Below the pieces are notes generated by a model. It worked only from the letters and a program-made list of their open reading frames with translations, made no database searches and had not been told where the DNA came from. The position numbers were made by a program, and so were the translations under genes. A stretch of 64,000 nucleotides of DNA from Monocercomonoides exilis PA203 (taxonomy: Eukaryota; Protista; Preaxostyla). Every line of letters begins with the position of its first letter. The stretch's first letter is position 1. The DNA lies in assembly GCA_001643675.2 (NCBI GenBank), contig LSRY02000018.1, positions 310,001 through 374,000 of the forward strand, in the 5' to 3' direction. This document shows positions 38,015-51,400 of the stretch, piece after piece.

Positions 38015-39117
38015 AGAAGAGGAGGAGGAGGAGGAGGAAGAAGAAGAAGAAGAAGAAGAAGATGATGATGATGAATAAGGAATCGAATGTTTCAGAGAAG
38101 GAGAAAGAAAAGCATTATTCCCTTTGATTGCTCTTCCCATCCCAACATTCAAATTCCTATTCTCTCCTTCTTTTCTTCCTTCTCCATCGACCTTTTCTTC
38201 ATCATCAATCACAATTTTTGCTTCGGTTTCATTTTCAATTTTAACTTTCATTTTTTCGTTTTCTTCTTCTTCTTCTTCTTTTCCTTCTTTTTCCTCTCCC
38301 CCACCCACTCTCTTCCTCCACTCCCACTCTCTCAGCATCTCATTCTTCATCAGCTGCATCTTCTGCTTCTTCTTCTTCGTCTCCTTCGATTCTTGTCTTG
38401 TCGTGTTCATTTTCTCCATCACAAATGGAATGTTATTCAAACTGAGCATTTTAACCTCATTTATCATCCATTTCGCAATTGACTCATGTCGAAATGTGAC
38501 TATCATGTTTGTATGCACAACAAACACTCGCTCAATCAGAGGAGAGACAATGGGCTTGGGAGGAGTTATGCCTGAAGAGGAAGAGGAAGAGGAAGAGGAA
38601 GAGGAAGAAGATGATGAAAGAAGTGGTTTAAGAGGATTTAGAGGATTTAGAGGATTATTAGAACGATGAGGAAGAAGATAAGACTGTGATTGAGATTGGG
38701 ATTGCAATTGAGAAGAAGAAGGAGAAGAAGGAGAAGAAATTGAAGAAGAAGGAAAAGGATAAGGAAAAGGAGAAGTTTGGATTAAGGAAGAAGAAGAAGA
38801 TGATGATATTAATTCAGAATGAGAAGGAAGATTAGATGAAGATGAAGAAGTGGAAGAAGAAGAAGAAGAGGAAGAAGAAGTTGGAGTTATTTCGAGAGAG
38901 CCAACAGATGTAGAAGGAGGGGTTGAGATTGAAGAAGAAGAGGAGGAAGAAGAAGATAGTTTTGTTGGTGGAGTAACAGTAGAAGAAGTAGAAGATGCAC
39001 TCAATGGAAACAACGAAGAGGAAGTTGGAGTTGAAAGAATGGAAGAAGAGGAAGAGGAAGAGGAAGAGGAAGAAGGAGAAGAGGAAGAAGAAGAAGAAGA
39101 AGAAGAAGAAGAAGAAG

Positions 39118-39148
<31 letters not shown>

Positions 39149-42100
39149 GGGAGTGAGTTGAGAAGAAGAAGAAGAATGTTCAGAAAGCCAAGAAGAAGAA
39201 GAAGAATGAGAAGATGTTTGATTATCAGCACTTTGAGGAGATGGAGAAGAAGAAGAAGGAGACGAACAATGAGGAGGAGTGGAGAAACTGGGTGTTTCAC
39301 AGATGGTAAGAGAGGAGGAAGGAGAAGGAGGAGAAGGGGAAAGTGAAGAAGATGACAATGATGATGTTGTTGTTAATAAGTCTGTTAAATTGTCTTCTTC
39401 TTCATCCTCTTCCTCCTCCTCTTCTTCCTTTTCTTCTTCATCTGTTTTGTGTGTTTGATGACGATGTTGATTATGTTTAGATTTGTGTTGAATTTCATCT
39501 GGTCCTCTTTCCATTCTGATTGAATCATCGGAATTTTGACCAACCTCACAACTTTCGCTTCTTCCATCTCTTTCTTCATTTTCTTCATTTTCATTAACTT
39601 TATTGTTTTTCCCTCTCTTCTGCTGCTTTTGGTGTCTTCTTACTCTTCTTCTTTTGATTCCTTCTTTTTCTTCTTTTTCCTCTTCTTTTACTCTTCCTTC
39701 TCTTCCTTCTTCTCCTTTTATCTTCATTGAATCAATTTCAAATATCTTGTCTGAAGAAGAAAACCTTTTCTTTTCATCTTCCATTGTGCATTCATTTACG
39801 TCTTCTTCTTTTTCCTCTTCTTCACCATTTCTTCTTTCTTCTTCTTCTTTATCTTCTTCTTCTTTTCCATTTTCCATTTCTTCTCTTTCTCTTTCTCTTT
39901 CAACTCCTTTTTCATCTTTCACTTGATCATTTGCTTCCATTTCTGATAATTCCATCTTTGCCTCATCTTTTCCACTTTCAAGTTCCTTCTCTTCCTTTTC
40001 TTCTTTTTCTTCCCTTTCCTCCTCCTCTTCTTTCTTGTTCTGCTCATTTCTATTGTTTTCTTTTACTATTTGATTTTCTGACACATTCATTGTGTGATTC
40101 TCATTCTTTTCTTTTTCCTCTTTTTCTTTTTTAATTTCTTCTTCTTTTCTTTCTTTTCCATCTTCCTTTGCAACATTTGCATTTTCTTTGTCTTTCTTTT
40201 CTTTCTCCTCTTTCTCTGTTTCTTCTTTCTTTTCTTTTTCCTTTTCCATTCCATCTTTTTCTATCATTTTTTCTTTCTCCTTTTCTCCTTCTTCATTTTT
40301 CTCCTCCTCTTCTTTCCCCTCCTTCTCTTCCTCTTTCTTTTCTTTCTCTTCTCCCTTCTTCTCTTCTTCTCTCTCAAACTCTTCATAAATCTTTGGAAAT
40401 TTACTTCTGAAATATTCATCCAAAAGTATTCGCATCGCCTCTGTCTTCACTCTCTTTGAGCCAGCTGGGGCACGAAAGAAGACTTTTCTATGCAATTCTT
40501 CACTTTCTGAATGAGAAGAGGAGGAAGAGGAAGAGGAAGAGGAAGAGGAAGGACTTGAGGAAGAAAAACGAGAAGAAGAAGAAGTTGCAGCAGCAGTTGA
40601 ATAAAAAGAGAAAGAAGAAGATGAAGAGGAAGAAGATGAGGATGAAGGTGTATAGAAAACAGAAGCGGAAGAAGAAGGAGGCAAAGCAAGAGGATATCGG
40701 AGATTGGAATGAGAAAGAGAAGGAGAATGGAAAGAAAGAGAAGAAGAAGAAGAAGAAGAAGAAGAAGAAGAAGAAAGAGAAGAATTAGTATTATTCGAAG
40801 AATAAGAAGACATCTCTATTATCTTTTCATTCTTTGCCATCGAAGGCGAAAGAGAAGCAAAAGGAAGGAGAGGAAGAGATGTTTGTCTGGATAGTTCATT
40901 TGGCGAATGAGGAGTGAGGGCAGGAGAAATGCTGGTGGAGGAGAAGGAGAAGAGACGAGGGGGAGGAAGAGAAGGAGGGGGATTAGACAGATAAGAAGAA
41001 GAGGAATGAGAAGAAGAAGGGGGAAGAGAAGATGGAATAGACTGAGATGATTGAGAAGAATGAGGAGATTGAGAAGAATGTGATAATTGAACAGACTGAA
41101 CAGATTGTACTGATTGTTTCAGTTGATTTGATGGATTTGGTTGATTTGGCTGTGAATTTTGATAGGATTGAGAAGGAGAAAGTTGGGTTGTGTATGGCGC
41201 AACAGAAATGGAAAGGGAAAGGGAAGGAGAAGGAGAAGGAGAAGTAGCAGAAGAAGAAGAAAAAGAAATATTAGAAGAAGAAGAAAATGAAGAAGAGGTA
41301 GAAGAAGAAGAGGAGGAGGAGAAAGAGGAGGAGGAAGAAGAAGAGGATGAAGAAAAAGGATAAGATGAAGATGAAGAAGGAGAAGAGGATTGAGGAGTCA
41401 AAGAAGTTGATGTTGTTGCTGATGGTGTTGTCAATGACGAAGGAGAAAAAGAAGAAAAAGAAGAAGAAGAAGAATTGATGGGAAAAGAAGAAAAGGGAGT
41501 TGAAGCAAGAGAAGAGGAAGAATTAGAAGAAGAATGAATAAGAGGAGGAAAATTCAATTGCAGATCTCCTTGAAGTTTTTGTGTGGTTGCGTTTTGGATG
41601 CTTTGGGTGAATGAAATATTGCGAATATATTCAGAAAAGAGTGAGTTGATGACATTTGATAGATAAATCGAAAATCCTTGTTGCAATTGAGACAGACGAG
41701 GAGGAGCGAAAGAAGAGAGATTAGATTGAGAAGGAGATGAGAATGATGGTAATGGGAGTGGAATAGAAGCAGAAGAAGAGGAAGAAGAAGAAATAGAAGG
41801 AACAGAAGAAGCAGCAGAAGGTGCAAACAATGAAACATTTGTTGTTGCTGTTGTTCCAGGTGTTCCATTCAAAAACATCGAAGCCGGAAAAGTTGCCGGC
41901 ATAGGCGGATATGCAGAAAAATAAACTGGGATTTGCCCAGCTGCGGAATATTGTCCTTCTGCCGGCAAAGACAGCGATGGTTCAGCCGGAGATTGGGTCT
42001 GCCGGAAAGACAATTGAGCTGCAGAAGGCGAAGGTTCCATTCTGTTGTGAAGCAAACTTTCGGATGTGTTGTTTATTTCTGGCTTTGTATTGTCTGAATG

Positions 42101-44106
42101 GAGATTGGCAGAGAAAGTGATGGAAGAAGAATCAGAAAGGTTTGAGGAATTGGACGTATTTGAAGAATTAGAAGAATTAGAAGAGTTTGAGGAGTTTGAA
42201 GAATTAGAAGAGTGAGGAGAGTGAAAGGAAGAGTTCAAAGGGAGTGGAGTTTGGCTGAAGTCTCTCGAAGAAGAAGCTGAGTGTTGAGAAAGATTGGCTG
42301 GGGATGGGCTCTGCCAGTTGGGAAGAGTGAAAGATGAAGATGAAAGTGAAGAGGGAGAAGAAGAAGAAGAAGAAGATGATGATGATGATGATGATGATGA
42401 TAATTGAAGATTAGATGATGTTGCTGTTTTATAATAATTATTGCTATTTGTGTTATTATTAGAAGCATTCACAGATGCTGGATAAAGTACAGATTGAGTA
42501 TTTTCTTGTGAAGATTTCTCAAAAAATCCCGAAAGAGTGCGATCAAACGACTGACTTCGTTTCATTCCTTCCAAATCAGTCTTTGCCTGCAGCTGCTGCA
42601 CAAGTTGCTGATATTGCACATTTGTTGTGGCATTTGGCAAGGAATTTGCTGGTACATCGATGGAGCGATATTCAATTGGCTGGAAAGGCAGAGAAGATTG
42701 GATATGAGAATGTGGTTGAGTTTGTGTTTGAGTTTGTGATTGAGTTTGTGTTTGAGTTAGATTTGGTGCTTGAGCTTGAATCTGTGGTGTGGCTGGTGCA
42801 GATGCCTGAGACTGAAACTGTGATCGAAAATGGGGCTGGAAATTGGGTTGAGATTGGAGTTGGGGCTGTGGAGATGTCTGTGGAGGCATCTGCATCAGCA
42901 ACTGTGACTGTGATTGTGAATGTGCTTGTGGTTGGGGTTGATGCACTGATTGCATTTGCATTTGCATTTGCATTCGCATTTGGGGTTGCTCTGCGTTTTC
43001 ACTTCCTCTCAGAAAATGAGGTGTGATTGATGAAATATACGAGGGAACATCAGTGGCATATGCAAACTGATTCATTTGAGAGTCCTCATCAGGCTGAATG
43101 GAATGCGAAGAAGAAGAAGAGCGCTCTTCCGCTGTTTGCAATGAGCGGTGCATCGCATTTGCTGCAGTAGATGGCATTGCCAACTCTTTTTCTCTTTCGG
43201 CACATGCATTTTGTGAGATTGACAAATCGTCTTGCAGTTGTATTCTCAGCTTTGAAGATGACTCGGGCACATTAACAGAATCTTTCTCCTCTGAAGAACT
43301 TATCGGCAAGTCCATTGGATTATTCTGAATAAATGGCACAGAAATTCCACTTATCTTTCTTTCCGTCATCGAGTCATCTTGAGTGTTGTTTTCTTTTGAA
43401 CGATCCACAAAACTTCGAAGAGAGGCATCTTTGTCAGATAATGGAATTTGAGCTGAATCAGGCGCACATTCAGAACAACTAGGTAATGCTTCTTCCCTAC
43501 ATACTTCTGTTACAACACATATTGAAGGATCTTCTTTTACCTGTAATTTCAATTTCGTCATTTTCTGCGAAGTTTCCATATGAGAAGATATTCTGTTTTC
43601 TTCTGCGAAAGCATGTTTTGGGAATTTTGGTTCAGGGAATATGAAATGGCAATCTAATGAAAAAGGAATTCACATGAATAGAAAAAAATCTTATCTTTTG
43701 AGTGAAGCAAACCTCTTGATGAAGACTCTTTTGGCAAAATTGATGTAAATTGCAAAGATTCCCTGTATATGCAATATTGCTTCTTCTCAACATGCACCTG
43801 CTTTAATAGAAAACAATGAGAATATATTTCACTTTGACTTTTCCCAGGATCTCGAAAGCCGGTGCAATGAATAAGAATGAAATTTGAGAAAGTATGTGCA
43901 ACTAACGCCATCAAACAAAGATCGGCGTTCATGTATTTCTTATTGTTTTCCAAAATAAGCTTTGGCTCCGAAAAAACATATGATTTGTAATCGGAAAAAA
44001 GCAACTTTATCGCGTCTTGAGCATAAAAAGTTTGTAACTGTTCAACATCTGTTCTTAGCAACTTGTAAAATTGACGCATAAATTTTCGTCCGATTCGGAT
44101 ATCCAT
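36194..44106 (-). CDS. Giant NTF2-like + RRM protein (G3BP/Bre5-like architecture), about 2617 aa, 2 exons
   Basis: Exon 1 (44106-43713) is NTF2-like: IGRKFMRQFYKLL...QTFY...HCFLL...YCIYRESLQF. A 59-nt GT-AG intron (43654-43712) joins it in frame to the 2461-aa ORF. RRM halves lie at about 40385-40500 and 38408-38545. Confidence 0.75.
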
Positions 44107-44297
44107 GGTGGAGATTCCAGGACAGCTCCAGCTGTTTTCAAATTAATTTCTATGATCTGGACCATTTTTACGTGAAATCATCAATAACAAACAACAAATG
44201 TTAAAGCAATTAGCAATCAACATACATGATTTTAGGAATTTCACTTCGATAAAAAAATGTTCTCTCAACCTTTATTAAAATTTAATTTCTAAAAGAA
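44107..44297. promoter_or_regulatory. Putative bidirectional promoter
   Basis: Only 191 bp separate the divergent ATGs at 44106 (-) and 44298 (+); no specific motif identified. Confidence 0.55.
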
Positions 44298-46121
44298 ATG
44301 GACAAGCCTTTCTCTTGTTCTAAGGAACGAAAAGAGAGAAAGAAAAAGAAAAAGAAACAAAACAGAGCATCTTCTGTTGTTTCTGTTTCGTATACATCTT
44401 TAAGAAATTCATTTCAAACGTTTTCATCTCTTCGACAATATTTATCAACAGCTTGCGAAAAACGAGAAAAAGCTTGCAAATTATTTGAATCAAAAAATCT
44501 GCAAAATAGAGAATGTCTTCAATGCAGCATCAATATGAGAAAAAATGTTACCATCCTTGAATCTTTATTGGAATATCATAACAGAACTTTTCAGCTTATG
44601 GAACAGCAATTGCTTGTTACGCGACAGAGAATTGATATGAAAATATGTACTCTAACAGATTACCTTCGAAAAAGAAGTGATGAATTTGATGGAATGATAA
44701 AGCAAGATAAATACGGAAATTTCGCTGTTCATTCCTCTTCAAGATATAAACGACTTGACAAAGTTGGTTGGGCTAAAACGTCTTTCATTCACACAATGAA
44801 ATTGCCAAGGCCGCAAGCTCAAAGCACAACATTATTACTTAGCGACTTGCTTCCAAAAATAAGATCTTCAAGAGCGACATTTTCGTTTCCTCATTCATCA
44901 TCATATCGCATTTCTATACCAACTTTTTCTCCAAATTTACCGTTTCAGCGCTCGACTTTTACTCAAGAACAGAAGTCATTTTCTTTGCTATCTTCTACTT
45001 CATCAAATCAAAACTTATTATTATTTTCAACAGGATCAGAAAAAGACCACAGGGAAGGTAAACAAGCTGCAAAAAAGCGCCTAAACGAAGCAGAAATTGA
45101 GGTGTTGCGTATTCTTCTGAGGAGCTGCAGAACGTTGAGATGTCTGTTGACAAAGGAAAACAGCGACGAGAACTATCAACAGGAGAGGAAAACAGACTTG
45201 AAAGAGAAAGGATTGAATAACAGAGCAATTGAAAGCAATCAGCAGCAACTAAAACAACAACAAAATGCAAGTAAACAAACGTCCTCTGGCATTTCACTCA
45301 TTTCAGATAATTTTGCTAGTCAAACTAATTCTTTTTCTTCATCATCATCTTCTACTTCTTCATCTTCAACAATAACAACTTCTTCTTCATCTCCTCCTCC
45401 TTCCTCTTCTTCTTTCACTTCGTCCTCAATTAACCTCAAAAAAGACACAGAAATATCACAAAATGATAAAGAAGTCTTTATTGCCCCCGGAGAACATTTT
45501 CATTCCAATTCACAAAAATCACCTCAATCTCATTTTATTCTTATCCCTTCTTCTCCATCTCCTTCTTCTTCTTCCACTTCACCATCTTCCTCTAATAATT
45601 CATCTTCTTCCTCTTCTCCTTCCTCCTCTTCTCCTTCCTCCTCCTCCTCCATCCCCAAACCTTCTCCCCAATGGAACACATTCACCCAATCATCCCCAAT
45701 CACATCAGAAGATGACAATTCCAAGTCTTTTCCTTCTCCTTCTGAAACGCCTCTTTCATTCATCAGCCCTGTCCCTGTGATTGAATATGATAGAAGTGAT
45801 AGAATCACTCCTCAATCAATAGATTCTTCTATGTCACCTTCTTCTTCCTCTCCTTCTTCATCTTCCTCTCCTTCTCCTTATTCTACTCCCTCCTCCTCCT
45901 CCTCTTCTTCTTCTTCTTCTTCTTCTTCTCTCTCCATTTCATCCTCTTCCTCATCTTCTCATTCACATCACACTCATCTCTCTGCCAAATCAATCGAACA
46001 TTCCATCACAAGAAACTCCTTCTCTTTCGATTCTTCTCTTCAGACACGAAATTCTGCCTCTAAATACAACAATAGCCTTTCTCTTCTCAACGATGCAATC
46101 GCTTCACCTTCTCCTTCTGTT

Positions 46122-46153
<32 letters not shown>

Positions 46154-46611
46154 CTCTTCTTCTTCTTCTTCTTCCTCTTTCATTTCACAGTCCACTCCTT
46201 TCTCTTATTCCACTAATGTTCTTCACAGTCAACCTCTTCCTCTTTCACCTTCATCATCCTCTTCTCCTTCTTCTTCTCCATCTCTCTCTCCTTTTCCTTT
46301 TCCATCTTCTTCTTCTACTACTTCTCTTTCTCTTCCAATTTCTCTCTCTCTCTCTCCTCTCCTCTCCTTCTCCCACTCTCTCTCAGAGCTCCATCTCATC
46401 ATTTCTTCTCGCCATAGAAAATATCTTCATCATTCGAAAGAAGAAGCAACTGCACTTTCTTTGAGTGTGTGTGTGCTGGAGATGATGTTTGATGTGGGAA
46501 AGGTGTGGACACAGAAGAGAAGAGAAGAAGTGATGAAGAAATTGGAAGAAGGAAGGAGGAGAGAGAAGGAGAAGGAAAGAGAGAAGGAGAAGGAAAGAGA
46601 AAGGGAAAGAG

Positions 46612-46644
<33 letters not shown>

Positions 46645-47495
46645 TGAAGAAGGAAAATGGAAGAGGAAAAGGAAGTTATGACATTAAACATTATATTGCT
46701 TCTTTTGCTTCTAATCCTTCTTCTTCAACTTCTTCTTCTTCCTCTGAAATCAATCAGAATAATTCAATTCCCTTTAAAAGAACATTTTCTCATTCATTTT
46801 CTTCTTCTTCTTCCTCCTCCTCCTCTTCTTTTTCTTCTCTTTCTTCTTCTTCTCTTTCACTTCATCCATTTCATATGAATCTTCCGTCACCTCAACATCA
46901 AAACTGTACAGCAATTGAATCTCTTCATCCAATCAACAATTCTTCTTCTTCTTCTTTCTCTCCTTCTTTTCCTTCTTCTTCCTCATTATCTTCCTTTTCT
47001 TCTTCTCCTTCTTCCTCTTCTCCTTCTCCTCTCCTTTCTCTCTCTTCCTTATCCCCTTATTTCTACATCTCCCATTCTAATTGCCTTTATTTCTCTCTTT
47101 CTCCTCTCAAATCCTTCTCTAATCCTCTTCCTGTTATTCTTTCTCTCAATCCTTTCTTTCTATTCAACAAGGGAATCGCCAAATTAGGCAAAGGAAAACT
47201 CGTAAATTCACTTGGTGCTTATTTAGGGTTCTCGAAACATGTAGGTACTGGCGGTTTAATTGGTATGCAGATGATAGAGAAAGAGCTGAGGATGAGGCAT
47301 AAAGACTATCACAAATACAAATTGAGGAAAGAGGCAATGAAAAGGAAGAGAATTCAGAGAGAAGAGCAGATGAAATTAATGATGAAAATGGCAAGAGAAA
47401 AAGAAATGGAAGAGATGGAGAACAAAAACAAGAGTAAGAATTGTAAAAAGCAGTCGAATAAATCATCTTCTCAATCATCTAATTCTATTAATCCT

Positions 47496-47527
<32 letters not shown>

Positions 47528-48398
47528 AAAATCTCCAAAATCACCAAAGTTTTTAAATGATTCCAATGCTAACACACTTTACTCCCTTATCTCTTCATTC
47601 TCCTCTGGCTCTGCTTCTGCTTTAGCTTCATTAACATCCTCTTCTTCCTCTTCCTCTTCCTCTAATTCCTCCTCTAATTCCTCTTCTTCTCTTTCTTCTT
47701 CCTCTTCTTCTTCTCTTCTCTCTCGCCATCACTCACGTGAGTCCTTCCAATCAGAAGAAGGGCATGCAGATGGAATGAGCTGTGTGTCTGTGGATGAAGA
47801 GGGATATTTCAGCGATGATCCTATTTCTGAGCTGGTGGAGGGAGAAAGCAGTGGAATGAGTGGAGAAGAAGAAGAGGAAGAGGAAGAAGGAGGAGAAGAG
47901 GGAGAAGAGGAGGAAGAAGAAGAAGTTGTATCGTTGAGAGGAAGTGATTGGGAGAAGGAGGAGAAGGAGAAAGAAAAAGAAGATAGTGAAGGAAGTGGAG
48001 GAAGAGGAAGAGGAAGAGGAAGAAGAAATGGAAAGAATGAGAATTATGATGAAAGGGTGAAGGATGTTTATAGTTGTGGATATGATGAAGATGAAGACGA
48101 TGAAGACAATGGCAATGAAGAAGAAGGAGAAAAAGAAGAAGAATGTGAAGAAGAAGAAGAGGGAGAAGGAGAAGAAGAAGAAGATGATGAAAGAGAATCG
48201 CATTTATCCTTTCGAAGTCCATCTCCTTCTCCTATGTCTCTTTCTTCTCTTTCTCCCACTCATTCATACAGCAGTATTCATTCCTATGGAGCTATTGCGA
48301 AGAATTCTTCTTCTTTCTCTTTTTCTTCCTCTTCTTCTTCTTCTTCTCTCTCTCCTTCTTCTCCTCTTTTTTCTTCTTCCTCTTCTTCATCATCTTCC

Positions 48399-48430
<32 letters not shown>

Positions 48431-51400
48431 CCCTTTTTATTCTCCATCAAATTCTCTTTCTTCGCTCTCTCTTTCTCCTCATTCTCCTCATTCTCTTCAT
48501 TCTTCTCCTCAAAAATCCAATCATTTGCTTTCTCTTCCTCCTCAAAGGAAAACAATAAAAGTGAAGAAAATTACACCTAATAAATATTCTGGTTCATTGC
48601 TGACACACAAACAAGGGAAAGAGAGAGAAAGAGGAAGAGAAAGAGGAAGAGAAAGAGGAAGAGAAGGAAGAAGAGAAGAGAGAGAAAGGAGAAATAATAA
48701 TGTGAATAAATATAACAATAACAATAATTCTCATTATCATTATAAATCAATAAGAGAGGAAGAAGAAGAAGAAGAAGAAGAAGATGATGATGATGATGAT
48801 GATGATGAAAAAGGTAAAAATTCAAAAATAAACAAAAATAAACAAATAAACGTGAAATATGATGAAAGATATGACAATTTGTTCAAAGAGAAGAAAAGAG
48901 GGGTAGCAAAACTGTTAGACATCAAAGGAAGAATTGAAGCAAATGCATCAGAAGTTCGAATAAACAACATTTTGAGCACGCTTTTTGCGAATTTCCAGGG
49001 AGAACAAGAAGCAAGTGAGGCGAGGAAGATGGGGGAGGATGAAGATGAAGAGGAGGATGAAGAGGAAGAGGAAGAAGAAGAAGAGGAGGAGGAGGAGGGG
49101 GAAGAAGAAGAAAGTGAAGAGGAAGAGGAAGATGATGAAGATATTGAAAGTGAAGAAGAAGAAGAAGAAGAAATTAAAAGAGAAAGATATAAACCCAAAT
49201 ATCATTCTCATTCTGATTTTTATCTTATCAATAAAGGAAAGATGAATACTTCTGCAATGAATGAAAGAAATATCAAAGATTTAAAAGATTTAAAAGATAA
49301 AAAAGATAAAATGGAATTTAGAGAGAAAAATGATAAAAGAGATAAAGAAGAGAAAAATGAATCAAGAAATTCAATGAGAATGAAAGAAGCAAAAGAACTT
49401 AATAATCAAAGGGGAAATGGATTGATTCATTCTATTTCTCGTTCTTCTTCCATCTCTACTTCTTCTTCTTATCCTTCTTATCCTTCTTCTCATTCTGATT
49501 CTAATTCTTATTCTAATTCTAATTCTCTCTCTGTTAATTCATTTGATAATAGAAACAAAAGAGAAGGGGAAAATAAATATTCTGAAGCAACTTTTTCAAA
49601 TAGCTCGCTATTTCCATGTTCTACACTGCCTATTCAGGAAGGTGTGGAGAAAAGAAATGAAATACAACAACAATTTTTGATGGAAAACAAGAAAAAGGAA
49701 AATTTAAGTAAACAACAGAAGGAAAGTGAAATGGGGAAAGAAGGAGAGGAGAAGAGAAAAATGAAGAATATATTGCAAAATAATTCTAATTCTTCTTCTC
49801 TTCCTTCTCCTTCTCTTCCTTCTTCTCCTTCTCCTTCTCAAACAAAACACCAAATGCAATCAATCAGTACATTCCATCACATTCCCATCAAAAACTCTCC
49901 AACTCATCCATTCACTTTCTCTCCCTCTCCTTCTTCTGCTCCTCTTCCCATTCTTCCTCTTCTTTCTTCTAATCCTTCTTCTAATTCTTCTTATTCTTCT
50001 AATTCTTCTTCTTCCTCTTCCTCTTCCTCTTCCTCTTCTTCTATTAATTCTTCTAATTCTATTGTAAATGCTAATGCTTCTTTGAATGAAAGTTTTGCTT
50101 TTTCTTCTCTTTCTTCTCCTCCTTCACATTATTCTTCTTCTTTTTCTTCTCCTTCTTCCTCTCCTTCTTCTCCTCATTCGATTTCTTCTTCTTCTTCTTC
50201 TCTTCCTCATTCTCTTCCTCTTCCTCTTCCTTCTCCTCCTCCTTCTTCTCATTTCATTTCCTCTCCTCCAACACCTCAAGCCATTCATTCTAATTCTCCT
50301 TCTCATTTCTTTCCTTCCTCTTCCTCTTCCTCTTCCTATTCTTCTCTTTCTTCTTCTTTTAATAATAATAAATCTCTTCATCATCATCCTTCTGTTCTTT
50401 CTCTTCTTTCATCGTCATCTTCTTCTTCCTCCTCCTCTTCTTCTTCCTCTCCTTTCTCTTCTTTTTGTTCTCCTTCTCATTCAATCAACTCACAATGTTT
50501 CACTCTTCTATCAAAATTAGGTTCAAATCTTCCTTTTTATTCTTCTTCCTCCTCTTCCTCCTTCTCTTCTTCCTCTTCTTCCTCTTCCTCTTTAACTCCA
50601 TTAACTTCATTTGCTTCTTTATTCTCTTCTTCTTCCTCTTCAAATTCTTCTTTTCGCAATTTCTCTTCCTTTCAATTCCACCCTCGCTCTCTTAAACATT
50701 CTCCTCTTTTTTTCATCTGCGGAATTTCTTTGCCGCCGCGTTTTGATGTTCTTAATTTGGAAACGATGCATTTTCCGGCGTGGCAGCAGGATTTAAGGGA
50801 GGAAGATATGGAGATGATATTTCAGTGGTTTGAGAAGAGGCCGAATGTGCTGATGATAAAAGAGAGGGAAATGAAAGGAAGAGAAAGAAAAGGAGAAAAA
50901 GAGAGAGAAAGAGAAAGAGAAGGAGGAGATGGAAGAGGAGAAAGGGAAGAAGTGAAAGATGATGTAAAACAAAATGAGACCATAAACCAACAGAATGAAA
51001 CAAAAAATGACAGTTTCAATGAAAAGGAGAGATTAACCGATTTATCAAACAATCATCCATTTAATGATGATATTTCAAACAACCATTTTCAAAATTCCAA
51101 TCCAAATACTTTTAATTCAAAAGAACAGAGCAGCAGAGAAGAAGTATCAACACCCAACAGATTGCGTTCTGAGTCATTTTCTTCACCAGCAAACAGAACA
51201 AAGCATAATACAGATAACTCTGAATCAAATAAGATTAATAGATTATCTTCTTCCTCTTCCTCCTCCTCCTCCTCTTCTTCTTCCACTATTTCTTCAGTTT
51301 CTTCAATGTCTTCTTTCTCCCCTTCTTTTTCTTTAGTCCATCAACCCGTCTTCAAACCACCTATTTCTCCGCGGAGAAATACAAACCTTGGAATTGATGC

